Counted from the stretch's first letter, positions 29,047 to 38,404 are shown. The stretch is DNA of 64,000 nt from Patescibacteria group bacterium UBA924 (GCA_002293725.1 DBDU01000026.1:6313-70312), one strand, 5' to 3'. Notes: generated by a model not told the origin, from the sequence alone. Numbers and translations: made by a program.

Positions 29047-30570
29047 ATGAAAAAGTTACTGGTCGCTCTCCTCACAAGCGCCGTTTTCTTCCTTGTGGCT
29101 ACGAAAAGCGCGGAAGCGATTGGGTGTACCCCAGTTATTTTCGAAGGCGCTGAAGGTTCATCTCTTCTCCGACCAGTCAATGGTCAGATACTACCCGCAG
29201 GCTCTGCTACTAACCCCTACGTTGCCTACCCAATTACTCCTCAAGAAGCTAGTGGTGCAAATGCACTGCGAAGTCCAGGTATCCACTGGTGTTGGAGGAA
29301 TACACAAGGAACGGGATTGGGCAGCGGTGCTTGTCAAAGTAATGCTCTTTCCAGCACATATCTAAACGATGTTCGAATTTACACTGACTCCACAGGACAA
29401 CAGTATATCGCTGCACCATTCACTCCTTATTCAGGGAGCACCGCAGATATTCAGTGGGAAGTTGCTCCTTGGGCAGGTGATGGATGGGGTGAGCGTCTTT
29501 GTGTTCAAGAAGGAACTGCCATCATTCGCACCGGTGAGGTTGGCCAATTCAGTTGTAATAATCCAGGCACTTCCGCCTCTTATACCAATCAAAATGTCCA
29601 CGTCGGTGTCAGCGTTTCTGACAGGAACATGGATCGTAGTCGTTCCTATATAGCGATGATTAAAGGCCAAGGTGCCTTTGACCTCGGTGGTGGCTGGGCA
29701 ATACCTTTACAGTATGATGCCGCCCAGAACCAGTACGAGGGTGGGTCTACTTATGGGGCTAATTTTGGTGATGGCACCTATACAGTGGTGATCTCTGATG
29801 CGAGTAACTTAGGCTGCAGGACTATTACTGACAACTTTGACATTCGTAACTGTGCTGTTTTCCCCCAATGTATTAGCTCGCTGCAAGTAGATCGAACTGA
29901 TCCTGACAATCAAGTTGACTATGAAGATCGAGACCAAGTTCTAGACGATGCTTCGGAGCGACAAGGCCTTGCCCCTAACGATAGCATCACTCCATTTAGT
30001 CTGTGTCGTCAAATTCCAGTCATGGCTCAACCCGATATCGAAGCACAAGTAGCCCAAATTCAAGATCCACAAGCCGCCGCTGCCATGCGGGCAGATTTAA
30101 TGCGACGTGCACAAAGTCAACGGAGTGAAAAAGCCAAGTGTTGTCTATGTACGTATGGCACAAATGCTGTTGATCCCGCCACTGGTGCTTGCCAAGGAGA
30201 GATCGGCACACCAGGACAAACAAATCCCAGTCTTTATTACTTCCGTCGTAACTTCAAACCAGGAATTTATACTGCGGTTGGTTGTATTGGAGCTGATAGT
30301 GAAAGTATCATCACCCGTTTAGTGAGAATCGGTTTGGGAATTGCGGGTGGCTTGGCTTTGTTAATGATCTTAGCTGGAGCATTCATGTTCTCCACTTCCC
30401 AAGGGGAACCTAAACGAGCCAGTGAAGCCAAAGAGCTGATTACCTCTGCGGTTTTAGGTTTAATCTTTATCATCTTCTCTGTAACTTTGCTACAATTCAT
30501 TGGTGTCACTATCCTGCAACTTCCTGGGTTTGGGCAAACACCACAAGCTCAAGAATCTACAGGTAACTAA
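29047..30570 (+). CDS. Secreted protein with a C-terminal VirB2/TrbC-like two-helix pilin module
   Basis: A signal peptide (MKKLLVALLTSAVFFLVATKSAEA) precedes a ~400-aa Cys-containing ectodomain. The C-terminal ~100 aa (GLGIAGGLALLMILAGAFMFSTSQGEPKRASEAKELITSAVLGLIFIIFSV) align with the pilin-like paralog family at 36.7-39.8 kb. Confidence 0.55.
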   Translation: MKKLLVALLTSAVFFLVATKSAEAIGCTPVIFEGAEGSSLLRPVNGQILPAGSATNPYVAYPITPQEASGANALRSPGIHWCWRNTQGTGLGSGACQSNALSSTYLNDVRIYTDSTGQQYIAAPFTPYSGSTADIQWEVAPWAGDGWGERLCVQEGTAIIRTGEVGQFSCNNPGTSASYTNQNVHVGVSVSDRNMDRSRSYIAMIKGQGAFDLGGGWAIPLQYDAAQNQYEGGSTYGANFGDGTYTVVISDASNLGCRTITDNFDIRNCAVFPQCISSLQVDRTDPDNQVDYEDRDQVLDDASERQGLAPNDSITPFSLCRQIPVMAQPDIEAQVAQIQDPQAAAAMRADLMRRAQSQRSEKAKCCLCTYGTNAVDPATGACQGEIGTPGQTNPSLYYFRRNFKPGIYTAVGCIGADSESIITRLVRIGLGIAGGLALLMILAGAFMFSTSQGEPKRASEAKELITSAVLGLIFIIFSVTLLQFIGVTILQLPGFGQTPQAQESTGN

Positions 30571-30579
30571 GGACTCCTT

Positions 30580-30888
30580 ATGCTACTCGCTCAAAACTTT
30601 GATGAGTTCAACCCACTGGTGATGGAGTCAACGAAAGCAACTCAGTTGAGTACCCCAGGTGGAATTATTACTGAGTTACTCCGTTATATCTTCCCCGCTG
30701 CTGGTTTAATTTTGTTTGTGATGATTGTTTGGGGTGGATTCGAGATGATGACTAGTAGCGTCGCTGGTAAAAAAGATGCTGGCCGCCAACGTGTAACTAC
30801 TGCCGTCATTGGCTTCTTACTTCTCTTCGCAACATACTGGATTGCGCAGTTGGTAGAGGCAGTCTTTGGCGTTAGCTTTTTAGGATAG
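30580..30888 (+). CDS. VirB2/TrbC-like pilin-family small membrane protein (paralog 8)
   Basis: The family pattern is present (two hydrophobic helices separated by ...SSVAGKKDAGRQRVTTAVIGFLLLF...). An AAGGA RBS lies upstream. Confidence 0.55.
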   Translation: MLLAQNFDEFNPLVMESTKATQLSTPGGIITELLRYIFPAAGLILFVMIVWGGFEMMTSSVAGKKDAGRQRVTTAVIGFLLLFATYWIAQLVEAVFGVSFLG

Positions 30889-30922
30889 TTTTTCTACAGT
30901 TTAGTAGTACTACTTACCGACC

Positions 30923-31633
30923 TTACTTCCCAAAGTTGCGGGTGCGACGTTCAAACTCGGCAAGAGCTTTGTCTAGTTCATCAGCTGTAAAGTCGGGCAT
31001 TAATATGTCGGTAAAGTACAGCTCGGCGTACACGCCTTGCCAAGGTAGATACCCAGAAAGTCGGAACTCGCCACCAGGGCGAATAATCAGGTCCGGGTCA
31101 GGCATATCAGTTGTATCTAAGTACTTTGAAAACTCTTCCGGGGACAACTTAGTCGCTCTCAACTGTTCACTACTATAATCTTGAGCCATTTTTTGAATGG
31201 CTCGCAAGATCTCGTCGCGGCCACCATAGTTCAGGGCAAAGGTAATAGTTAGTCGAGTGTTCTTGGCAGTTTCTTGCTGCCAGTGATCAACTCCGTCTTG
31301 GATGTCTTTAGGAAAAGATGACATGTCACCAATGACCCGCAGTCGAATACCTAACTTATGAAGTCGCTCTCCATTCTTAACTAAGCCAGTGCGAAAAATC
31401 TGCATCAATCCTTCAACTTCGTTCTTCTCTCTGTTCCAGTTTTCTGTACTGAATGCCCACAACGTCAGATACTTTACACCACGTTCGATGCATCGTTCCG
31501 CTAGCGGCTCAATCATCTTATTAGAAACATACTCATGACCCTGTAAAGCTGCTAGCTTGTTCTTGCGCGCCCAACGACGATTTCCATCCATAATTAAGGC
31601 AATGTGTTGAGGAACGTGTGATTGTTCAGTCAT
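30923..31633 (-). CDS. uppS: Undecaprenyl-diphosphate (cis-isoprenyl) synthase
   Basis: The UppS N-terminal signature is present (HIALIMDGNRRWARKN). Confidence 0.85.
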   Translation of the reverse strand: MTEQSHVPQHIALIMDGNRRWARKNKLAALQGHEYVSNKMIEPLAERCIERGVKYLTLWAFSTENWNREKNEVEGLMQIFRTGLVKNGERLHKLGIRLRVIGDMSSFPKDIQDGVDHWQQETAKNTRLTITFALNYGGRDEILRAIQKMAQDYSSEQLRATKLSPEEFSKYLDTTDMPDPDLIIRPGGEFRLSGYLPWQGVYAELYFTDILMPDFTADELDKALAEFERRTRNFGK

Positions 31634-31644
31634 AGATATCTTTC

Positions 31645-32652
31645 TTAAAAAAGATGGTCTTCTACTATTCGTGGCGCGGAACCAGCTGTAGCGTGTAACA
31701 CCTGTTGCACAAGTGGAAGCTGTCGCAGTCTCTCTTCTACAACTTCTTTGTACTGAGGTAACGTCAAGACATGGACGTTAAAACCAGTATTGATCGTAAA
31801 GTATGCCTCAATTTTTTCCGCTCTCATTTGGCGAACTGCATGCATCACTTCAATGGTTCCTGGATACCACGCAATTAATGAAGGAGTACTGGTCAACAGA
31901 ATTGCATGAAACTCCAGAGCTTCAGCTTCTACTAAGTTTCCTAAAGCTGTAAAGTTTTTCTCTTTTAAAGCTGTTTTCACATCACTCATTTTTTGAGCCA
32001 TGTGCTGTAACCGAGCCGCATAAAAAGGACTTGATTGCGCCGATTGATGTCCCTCAGTAGACGAGATTTTTTTCTTTCCTTGATCAACAACGGCAATCAC
32101 GTCACAGATATCCCAATACTCAGGTGGATATATACTCTCTGAATACGACTCATCCGAAGTCTGTCCATCTTTCCACTCTACAAAACCAGAACACATACAC
32201 CGACAGGCCGTGCCGGAACCCTGTCGAGCGAGAATGCTTCGTTCTTTTTCCGATAGTTCCAACCCTAACGCTGCCAGTGCCGCCAAAGTCAGGGCAGCAA
32301 ACCCTGAGCCAGAACTAGAAAGTCCTGTCCCTTTAGGAAAAGTGTTACGAGAGACAACCTTAACGTTCAACTGCTCAGCTTGCTGAACAGAAATGACAGC
32401 TTTCTTGATTGCTAAAGCTTTGATACGTTGAAGGTGTTTGAGTGCTCGCTGAGCCTCTTCTTCATCAAGCTGTCCATCAATCTCAACAGTATTATGATGA
32501 TCTGGAGAAAAATCTACGGTGGTAATAGTATCCAAACCTTGCAACAACATGGAAAGACTACCATTCTCAGGTAGTCGTAATACTTCATCTTTCTTTCCCC
32601 AATACTTCACAAGTGCTACATCAGAAGACGCTTGGGCGGTGGCTTTCTGCAT
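31645..32652 (-). CDS. mvaD: Diphosphomevalonate decarboxylase
   Basis: The MvaD signature is present (VALVKYWGKKD), with a GHMP-type block (GLSSSGSGFAAL). Confidence 0.85.
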   Translation of the reverse strand: MQKATAQASSDVALVKYWGKKDEVLRLPENGSLSMLLQGLDTITTVDFSPDHHNTVEIDGQLDEEEAQRALKHLQRIKALAIKKAVISVQQAEQLNVKVVSRNTFPKGTGLSSSGSGFAALTLAALAALGLELSEKERSILARQGSGTACRCMCSGFVEWKDGQTSDESYSESIYPPEYWDICDVIAVVDQGKKKISSTEGHQSAQSSPFYAARLQHMAQKMSDVKTALKEKNFTALGNLVEAEALEFHAILLTSTPSLIAWYPGTIEVMHAVRQMRAEKIEAYFTINTGFNVHVLTLPQYKEVVEERLRQLPLVQQVLHATAGSAPRIVEDHLF

Positions 32653-32656
32653 GATC

Positions 32657-33667
32657 TTAGCTTTCTATCCGAACTCCTTCTGCGTGAAGTTTAACATGCA
32701 TCACTTGGCCACCAGCAGCCTCGAGCGCGGACTCGATCTTTTGTCGGTCAGGTTCGGCAACGGCAATCATACAATCTCCGCCACCCGCGCCTGAGAGCTT
32801 TGCTCCATAAGAGCCACTATCTACACTCGCTTGGATGAGCTCATCCAACTGCACTCCACTAACGTTTAACTGCTGTAAAAGTTCTTGATTTTTGGTCATT
32901 AACTGACCAACTTTTTGCCAATCCTGAGCCACGATAGCTTGTTGAGCATCATCAACAATTTGATGAATATCTGCAAAGATACTCCCTACGCGTTCTGGTT
33001 CTGCTTGATACTGCGTCTCTACCATCCGCACTAAAGTAGGTGTGTCGGCTTTAATACCCGTGTATCCAACTGCTAAAGGCAGTTCAAATCGCTCGCCGCC
33101 CAGTGGATTTACCGTCTTAGCCGGAGCAACGTAATACAGTGTTCCGCCCCAAATTGCGGCTGCAATATCGAACCCTGAACCAATTCCTTGGACATCGATT
33201 ACGGCCTGGTAACAGAGAGTGAAGAGCTCGTGATTTGTCAGCTCCACACCATAGAGTGTAGTTAATGCTTTAGCGAAAGCCACCGTCACAGCACTGCTAG
33301 AACCAAATCCAAATTGCGAAGAGAAGTCACTACGTGTTGTCACAACAATTCCCTCTTGCTGAGGATGTTTCTCCAAAAAACGCTTATACAAGTGCTCGAT
33401 AAAACAGACTGCTTTTGGAGTTCCTTTTTTCCCCAAGTCTGCCAAAGTGCGAGAGTAAGCACTTAACCCCATATCAGGAGCATCGAGGTGAAAAATATCA
33501 ACACCATTCTTTCTGACTGTGGCAGTAATTCTTTGATCTACCGCTGTGACGATACAAGGATGGCCATACACTACGGCATGATCACCAAAGAGCATTAACT
33601 TTCCAGGGGCTGAGGCAGTGACTTCTTTCACAGTTTCCTTATCTATAGACTTTCCATTGTTTTTCAA
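32657..33667 (-). CDS. Phosphomevalonate kinase (GHMP family)
   Basis: A GHMP ATP-binding block (FGFGSSSAVTVAFAKAL) and a C-terminal block (KLSGAGGGDCMIAV) resemble Gram-positive PMK (KSSGAGGGDCGIAL). Confidence 0.65.
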   Translation of the reverse strand: MKNNGKSIDKETVKEVTASAPGKLMLFGDHAVVYGHPCIVTAVDQRITATVRKNGVDIFHLDAPDMGLSAYSRTLADLGKKGTPKAVCFIEHLYKRFLEKHPQQEGIVVTTRSDFSSQFGFGSSSAVTVAFAKALTTLYGVELTNHELFTLCYQAVIDVQGIGSGFDIAAAIWGGTLYYVAPAKTVNPLGGERFELPLAVGYTGIKADTPTLVRMVETQYQAEPERVGSIFADIHQIVDDAQQAIVAQDWQKVGQLMTKNQELLQQLNVSGVQLDELIQASVDSGSYGAKLSGAGGGDCMIAVAEPDRQKIESALEAAGGQVMHVKLHAEGVRIES

Positions 33668-34520
33668 TTGCTAAGTTTGTGATGACTTCAGGTTGTGAAT
33701 GATACACCAAGAGTATTCCGGATCCAGATGTACAACCACCCGCACCGGTTATCTTGGCAAATCCGCCCGCCGCTTCAATGCTATGAATCATCTGTTTGGC
33801 TTGCTCACCTACGACACCCAACTCTTCCAATAATCGCTCGTTTTCTGTCAGCCTTTGGGGCACAAATACGCCTCGCTTTACTTCATCAATTACAGTTTGG
33901 GTAAGCTCGCCCATACGTTGCAAAACACTGTCCACTGTGTCTGACGCACTTTGATTCGTTTCGCGTACCAGCGTCACCATATCTTTGGTTGTTTCTGTCG
34001 GACTTCCACTCTGTATAAGTAAGAAGGGAGTCTCTTTTAAGACTGAGTTTGTAATAACTTCGTGCGTGTACTGTCCTGTCTGCATATCTTTTCTGAAAAC
34101 TACAGTTGCATCGAGTGAAATAGTAGTTGCATCTACTCCACTGGGATTCCCATGTGCGACTTTTTCACTTTCTTGGACCAAGTTAATAAGCTCGCTATCC
34201 GAAAGGTGTATTTTATGAAACTTTGCTAGCGCTCTGAAAGAGGCACATGCTAAGGCTGCTGACGAACCCAAACCACAGCCGATAGGAATAGTCGACGTGA
34301 TCTGTTGCAGGTATGCTTGATGAGGAATATCTGCATAGTGACGGTAAAAAATCTTCCAAACTTCAGCCATCAGTGAGTTTTGTTCATACTCTGTTGGCTT
34401 ATCGGTGACGATAACTTCTGTTTTTAGATCAGCAACCATCGCCAAAGCGGGGTATCCATAGACGACGCTATGCTCCCCTGAAAGGATCATCTTGGCAGAA
34501 GCCTCACCTACAAACTGCAT
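33639..34520 (-). CDS. Mevalonate kinase (GHMP family)
   Basis: The N-terminal block (MILSGEHSVVYGYPALA), the GHMP block (GCGLGSSAALACASF) and the C-terminal block (KITGAGGCTSGSGILL) all resemble mevalonate kinase. Confidence 0.65.
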   Translation of the reverse strand: MQFVGEASAKMILSGEHSVVYGYPALAMVADLKTEVIVTDKPTEYEQNSLMAEVWKIFYRHYADIPHQAYLQQITSTIPIGCGLGSSAALACASFRALAKFHKIHLSDSELINLVQESEKVAHGNPSGVDATTISLDATVVFRKDMQTGQYTHEVITNSVLKETPFLLIQSGSPTETTKDMVTLVRETNQSASDTVDSVLQRMGELTQTVIDEVKRGVFVPQRLTENERLLEELGVVGEQAKQMIHSIEAAGGFAKITGAGGCTSGSGILLVYHSQPEVITNLAIEKQWKVYR

Positions 34521-34527
34521 ACTTCAC

Positions 34528-34722
34528 TTACTCAGCTATATCCTCAGTTTCATTAAGTGCATCTAAAGCCATGTTCAGTGCCGCTGAATCAAACATAACG
34601 CTTCCTGTTACTGACGACTCAACCATCCTGGTTAAGGTAGTCAGCTCTCCCGCTTCTACCTTCGCTCTTACATCATCGACAGTGACCGTGTAAGGTACTC
34701 CATACGCTGATTTCTCTACCAT
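34528..34722 (-). CDS. Small hypothetical protein between idi and mvk
   Basis: The 64-aa ORF is tightly packed in the operon, with gaps of 23 bp and 7 bp. Confidence 0.35.
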   Translation of the reverse strand: MVEKSAYGVPYTVTVDDVRAKVEAGELTTLTRMVESSVTGSVMFDSAALNMALDALNETEDIAE

Positions 34723-34745
34723 AAAATCCTTTCCCGACCAACTTT

Positions 34746-35402
34746 CTATATATGTTTGTTTTTCTTCTCTGTCAGAAGTTCAAGTACTGGCCGTTGTTCA
34801 ATTAAAAGAGGTAACCAAGGAGCATACGTTCGATGAGTAAGTGCGTTCTGTTGATCAGCATTAACTTCAACTAACAGTGTAGATACATCTTTCCAAGCTA
34901 CTGCAGAAACTTCTTCTGGATTGGGATGAACTTCTTCATCGTAGTCACCCACAAAAATGGTATCTATCTCCCACTCGCTAAACTCGTCATTGCACTTCGT
35001 GTGGTACTCAAACTTGTGTAGCTCTCGTAAAGTTACGTTCTTAATTCCCAACTCTTCGAGTAGACGTCGATAGGCACAATCCTGGTATGACTCACCTGGT
35101 CGAACATTTCCGCAGCAGGTATTCACCCACTGTCCGGCGCCCACAATTTTTTGTTGACTGCGTTGTTGAATGAGTAACTCTCCTTTTGCGTTGAACAAGA
35201 AGACAGAAATAGCACGATGTCGCTGCGCATCGCCGCGATGTGCTTCAACTTTATCCATTTTGCCGATGGGCTGGTCGTTTTGGTCAACCAAGATAACTTG
35301 GTCAAGCGGCATGTCTGTTGTCATCTTCATCTCTTTCATTACCATCACTACTCTGATCTTGCTTTTCATCTGACTGAGACTGCGAGTTGTCATGAGCTTC
35401 AA
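34746..35402 (-). CDS. idi: Isopentenyl-diphosphate delta-isomerase, type 1 (Nudix)
   Basis: The active-site pattern is present (WVNTCCGNVRPGESYQDCAYRRLLEELGI; compare E. coli WTNSVCGHPQLGES..RR...ELG). The true start is probably an internal Met at about 35324/35312. Confidence 0.8.
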   Translation of the reverse strand: MKLMTTRSLSQMKSKIRVVMVMKEMKMTTDMPLDQVILVDQNDQPIGKMDKVEAHRGDAQRHRAISVFLFNAKGELLIQQRSQQKIVGAGQWVNTCCGNVRPGESYQDCAYRRLLEELGIKNVTLRELHKFEYHTKCNDEFSEWEIDTIFVGDYDEEVHPNPEEVSAVAWKDVSTLLVEVNADQQNALTHRTYAPWLPLLIEQRPVLELLTEKKNKHI

Positions 35403-35600
35403 TTGAGTGATAACAAGGTCTATCAGTAAAACTCACCTTGCCACAGATCCCACAGCGTGACCCTGAGAAACGTAAGAGTTGATCTTTATTTCGCCACGCT
35501 GATAAGTTCAGTAATCTTTCACCCATCTGTGAGTACTAGTCGCAAATCTGCACTAAAATCACGCACTTTTGAGGTAAAAAAAAGAGAAAACTTGAGTAAA

Positions 35601-36014
35601 CTACTTGCGAAAGGCTAGCAGGAAGCGAATAGTCAGGTAGCCCACCAGTATCTGCCAATATAAACAGAAAAAACTAATCCAGGTCGCGAGAATATTAATA
35701 GACCGACAAATCAAAGGATAGTACGGATAACAATCAAACCAAACCTCTAGGTTCGGTAGAATCCACCATCTCCATGAGAGCATTAGAAGAAATAAGATCC
35801 CTGAAGGTAGAACTGTCAGCCAAAGAAAAATCTTTTCTTGCACTACCGACTGCAAGGTTTGATAAGGATGCACAATCATTCCCGCCGTAATTCGTAGCAC
35901 GGCATACACGGCAGAAAAAAACCAAGAGTGACTACGGAGTGAGATACTCATATTTGATGAACTAAAACCATAATAATGGTGGTAACTGTCGAAAGTAGTA
36001 CCAGTGTCTGCCAA
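35601..36014 (-). CDS. Polytopic membrane protein (hypothetical)
   Basis: The 137-aa ORF is hydrophobic. It overlaps the 35948..36148 ORF in a different frame, so one of the two may be mis-called. Confidence 0.3.
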   Translation of the reverse strand: MADTGTTFDSYHHYYGFSSSNMSISLRSHSWFFSAVYAVLRITAGMIVHPYQTLQSVVQEKIFLWLTVLPSGILFLLMLSWRWWILPNLEVWFDCYPYYPLICRSINILATWISFFCLYWQILVGYLTIRFLLAFRK

Positions 36015-36148
36015 GGATGATTACCAATAAAGGTAGTTAACCAATCGGCATGTTTAGGTAAGAAGCGAGTCGTACTTAAATGCGCTTGCAGCGCTGCTTG
36101 CTCTTGAAGCTGTTTGAGGAACTGACTCTCAGAAGTGTCACGTGACAT
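35948..36148 (-). CDS. Small single-TM protein; candidate anti-sigma factor
   Basis: The 66-aa ORF sits 14 bp downstream of the ECF sigma gene and has a C-terminal TM helix. The call rests on position only. Confidence 0.3.
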   Translation of the reverse strand: MSRDTSESQFLKQLQEQAALQAHLSTTRFLPKHADWLTTFIGNHPWQTLVLLSTVTTIIMVLVHQI

Positions 36149-36162
36149 ACTAGTGCAGTAAG

Positions 36163-36702
36163 TTACTCTCCCTCTAAGGCATATAGCTCTCGAAACTCAA
36201 GCCGAGCTCTAAAGAGTAATGACTCAATTGACTTATCAGATTTCCCTAGCTCCTGTGAGATAAACTTGATCTTTTGTTTATCAATATACTTTCGTTGTAA
36301 AAGCTCTCGAGAAGTAGCTGACATCTTGCGTAGCACCGACTTTACTTTTTGGGAGATTTCATAGGAGTTTTCTAGTTCAGGAAGTTCCTGATTCTCACTG
36401 ACAGGTAGCGTTTGAATAACTTTTTTAGCGTAAAGGCGGCGATAGTAATCTGCTACTTCATGTCGAGCTACGTTTAACATCCACGTCCAAATACTTGATT
36501 CACCCCGAAAAAGTGGCAGATGCTTCATACACTCCATGAAAGTATCTTGCACAATCTCATCAGCATCGTGGTCACTCTGCACTTTTCGCTGAATATATGT
36601 CCGTAAAGGAGCAGCATACTCCTGGTACCAAGCTTGTACGGCTTCAGGCCGACCGTACTTGAGGTCAATGAGGAGTTGCTTATCGGGTAAAAAACGTTTC
36701 AT
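36163..36702 (-). CDS. ECF-type sigma-70 family RNA polymerase sigma factor
   Basis: A region-2 pattern (DEIVQDTFMECMKHLPLFRGESSIWTWMLNVARHEVADYYRR) and a region-4 HTH near the C-terminus are present. Confidence 0.8.
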   Translation of the reverse strand: MKRFLPDKQLLIDLKYGRPEAVQAWYQEYAAPLRTYIQRKVQSDHDADEIVQDTFMECMKHLPLFRGESSIWTWMLNVARHEVADYYRRLYAKKVIQTLPVSENQELPELENSYEISQKVKSVLRKMSATSRELLQRKYIDKQKIKFISQELGKSDKSIESLLFRARLEFRELYALEGE

Positions 36703-36717
36703 GTTCTTGGAGCAATC

Positions 36718-37056
36718 TTGACGTATAATATCATTATGCCATGTGACATTACCCGACCAAACCTGGATCTTGGCGAGTGCTACGCACTTAATGAAACGCA
36801 GACTGTGCGTGATGTTTACACTGACCCAGCTTTCTTGGTGAACTTAATTGTACGAAATGTATTCGTCGTCGCCGGAATTATTCTCTTTCTTTTAGTGGTT
36901 TACGCTGGTTACTTATTTATTACAGGTGGTACCAAAGGGATTGAGAAAGCTAAAGAAGTGCTTCAAGGTGCATTGATTGGTTTTTTTGTAATGTTTGCGG
37001 CATACTGGATCGTACAGATTATTAAGGTGGTGACAGGGGCTGATATTCCGATCTAA
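36718..37056 (+). CDS. VirB2/TrbC-like pilin-family protein, paralog 1
   Basis: Two hydrophobic helices flank the loop ITGGTKGIEKAKEVLQGALIGFFVMF. An alternative start is the ATG at 36736. Confidence 0.55.
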   Translation: MTYNIIMPCDITRPNLDLGECYALNETQTVRDVYTDPAFLVNLIVRNVFVVAGIILFLLVVYAGYLFITGGTKGIEKAKEVLQGALIGFFVMFAAYWIVQIIKVVTGADIPI

Positions 37057-37121
37057 AAGCGGAACTCTCTCCTAGATTGCAAGTTTTAGGAACCGAAGTA
37101 AAATATCTATCTAGTCATTAC

Positions 37122-37559
37122 ATGAATATACGAAAACGCGTTTCGCTAGCACTTCTCCTCTTAGTGACCTTTTTTGTTGCCACGCCTACTGTCGCTTTAG
37201 CCCAAGTCTTTGGTGAAGTTGAGGCTCCTCCAGGAGTTGCTGAGTACAATGCCCCTCTGGGTGAGGACGGTATCGGTATTATTGTGTTCATGTCCACTCT
37301 CATTCGCATCGCAACTATCGTTGCGGGCATCATTGTCTTCGTCAACTTCATTTTGGCTGGGTATAAGTACATTAGTTCTGATGGCAATGCCAAAGTAAAT
37401 GAAGAAGTGAGAAATCAACTGACATACAGTGTCATTGGTTTGTTAATTATTGTGGCCTCGTACACTATCATCGCCATTATCAGTCTCTTACTCTTTGGAA
37501 AAGCTGACTTTATTCTTAACCCAACAATTACAGGACCAAGTACACCTCAAGTTATATGA
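37122..37559 (+). CDS. VirB2/TrbC-like pilin-family protein, paralog 2
   Basis: A signal peptide (MNIRKRVSLALLLLVTFFVATPTVALA) is followed by helix, loop (ISSDGNAKVNEEVRNQLTYSVIGLLIIV) and helix. The ORF-track start at 37077 is probably too early. Confidence 0.55.
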   Translation: MNIRKRVSLALLLLVTFFVATPTVALAQVFGEVEAPPGVAEYNAPLGEDGIGIIVFMSTLIRIATIVAGIIVFVNFILAGYKYISSDGNAKVNEEVRNQLTYSVIGLLIIVASYTIIAIISLLLFGKADFILNPTITGPSTPQVI

Positions 37560-37951
37560 TGTTGCCAACCCTTCTCGCACAAGCAAATCTCGGCGGCGGC
37601 TTTACTCCACCAGGCGGAGAGAACACTACCTTTGTTCCCTCTAATCTTGATTCTGCTGAAGGAGTTTTCACTACTGGCTCAAACTTGATTTCGTATATCT
37701 TTACCTTCTTAACTGTTTTTGCTGGCATCATGTTCCTCTACCAATTCATCCGTGGAGCACTTGCCTGGATCTCTGCTGGTGGTGATCAAAAGAAGATTTC
37801 TGAAGCACGAGACATGATTACTCAGGGAGTAATTGGCTTAGTGATTGTCATTGCTGCCTACTCTATTATTGGTTTGATCAGTACCGTCCTCGGGCTCGAT
37901 CTCTTGAACCCAGGTCAACAACTCTTAGAACTGGTTCCACAACCAATCTAA
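37556..37951 (+). CDS. VirB2/TrbC-like pilin-family protein, paralog 3
   Basis: The start overlaps the paralog 2 stop (ATGA). The loop reads ISAGGDQKKISEARDMITQGVIGLVIVI. Confidence 0.55.
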   Translation: MMLPTLLAQANLGGGFTPPGGENTTFVPSNLDSAEGVFTTGSNLISYIFTFLTVFAGIMFLYQFIRGALAWISAGGDQKKISEARDMITQGVIGLVIVIAAYSIIGLISTVLGLDLLNPGQQLLELVPQPI

Positions 37952-37957
37952 ATACTT

Positions 37958-38404
37958 ATGAAGAAATACGTCGCACTCATCACCGCCTTCATCCTCCTCT
38001 TTACGGGAGTATTTTTGGCAACTGCATTACCTGTTTCTGCTCAGGTACCTCCTCTTCAAAACGAAGCTATTCCAGACAATCTTTCTAACTACGGTGAAGC
38101 TCGCACTGGTGCCAGTGCGGCTTTCTACTTAGTTTTCATCTGGCGAGCCTTGATTTTTGTCGGTGGCTTAATGGTAATCATCTACTTCATCTTGGCTGCC
38201 TTTGAGTGGATTACGGCCAATGGTGAAGCCAGTAAAATCAGCTCTGCCAGAAATAAAATGACTGGTGCGATTGCTGGATTTATCGTCTTGTCTGCACTTT
38301 TTGTCCTGCTTGAGTTCTTAGGTGGTTTATTTGGCTTTGATGTCTTATCACCGACAATTCCTACGCCTACACAAGCACCAGTAAATCCAGGTACATTTAT
38401 ATGA
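37958..38404 (+). CDS. VirB2/TrbC-like pilin-family protein, paralog 4
   Basis: A signal peptide (MKKYVALITAFILLFTGVFLATALPVSA) is present. The loop reads ITANGEASKISSARNKMTGAIAGFIVL. Confidence 0.55.
   Translation: MKKYVALITAFILLFTGVFLATALPVSAQVPPLQNEAIPDNLSNYGEARTGASAAFYLVFIWRALIFVGGLMVIIYFILAAFEWITANGEASKISSARNKMTGAIAGFIVLSALFVLLEFLGGLFGFDVLSPTIPTPTQAPVNPGTFI

Noticed and set aside
28968-29180. 70-aa minus-strand ORF
   Set aside because: It overlaps the promoter region and the start of the 29047 gene and has no motif or RBS. It is likely spurious.
35302-35526. 74-aa ORF with CxxC...C.H upstream of idi (a possible zinc-ribbon mini-protein)
   Set aside because: It overlaps the annotated idi 5' end, and the Cys/His spacing is not a convincing zinc-ribbon. 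It is left uncalled, but it could be real if idi starts at the internal Met (about 35324).
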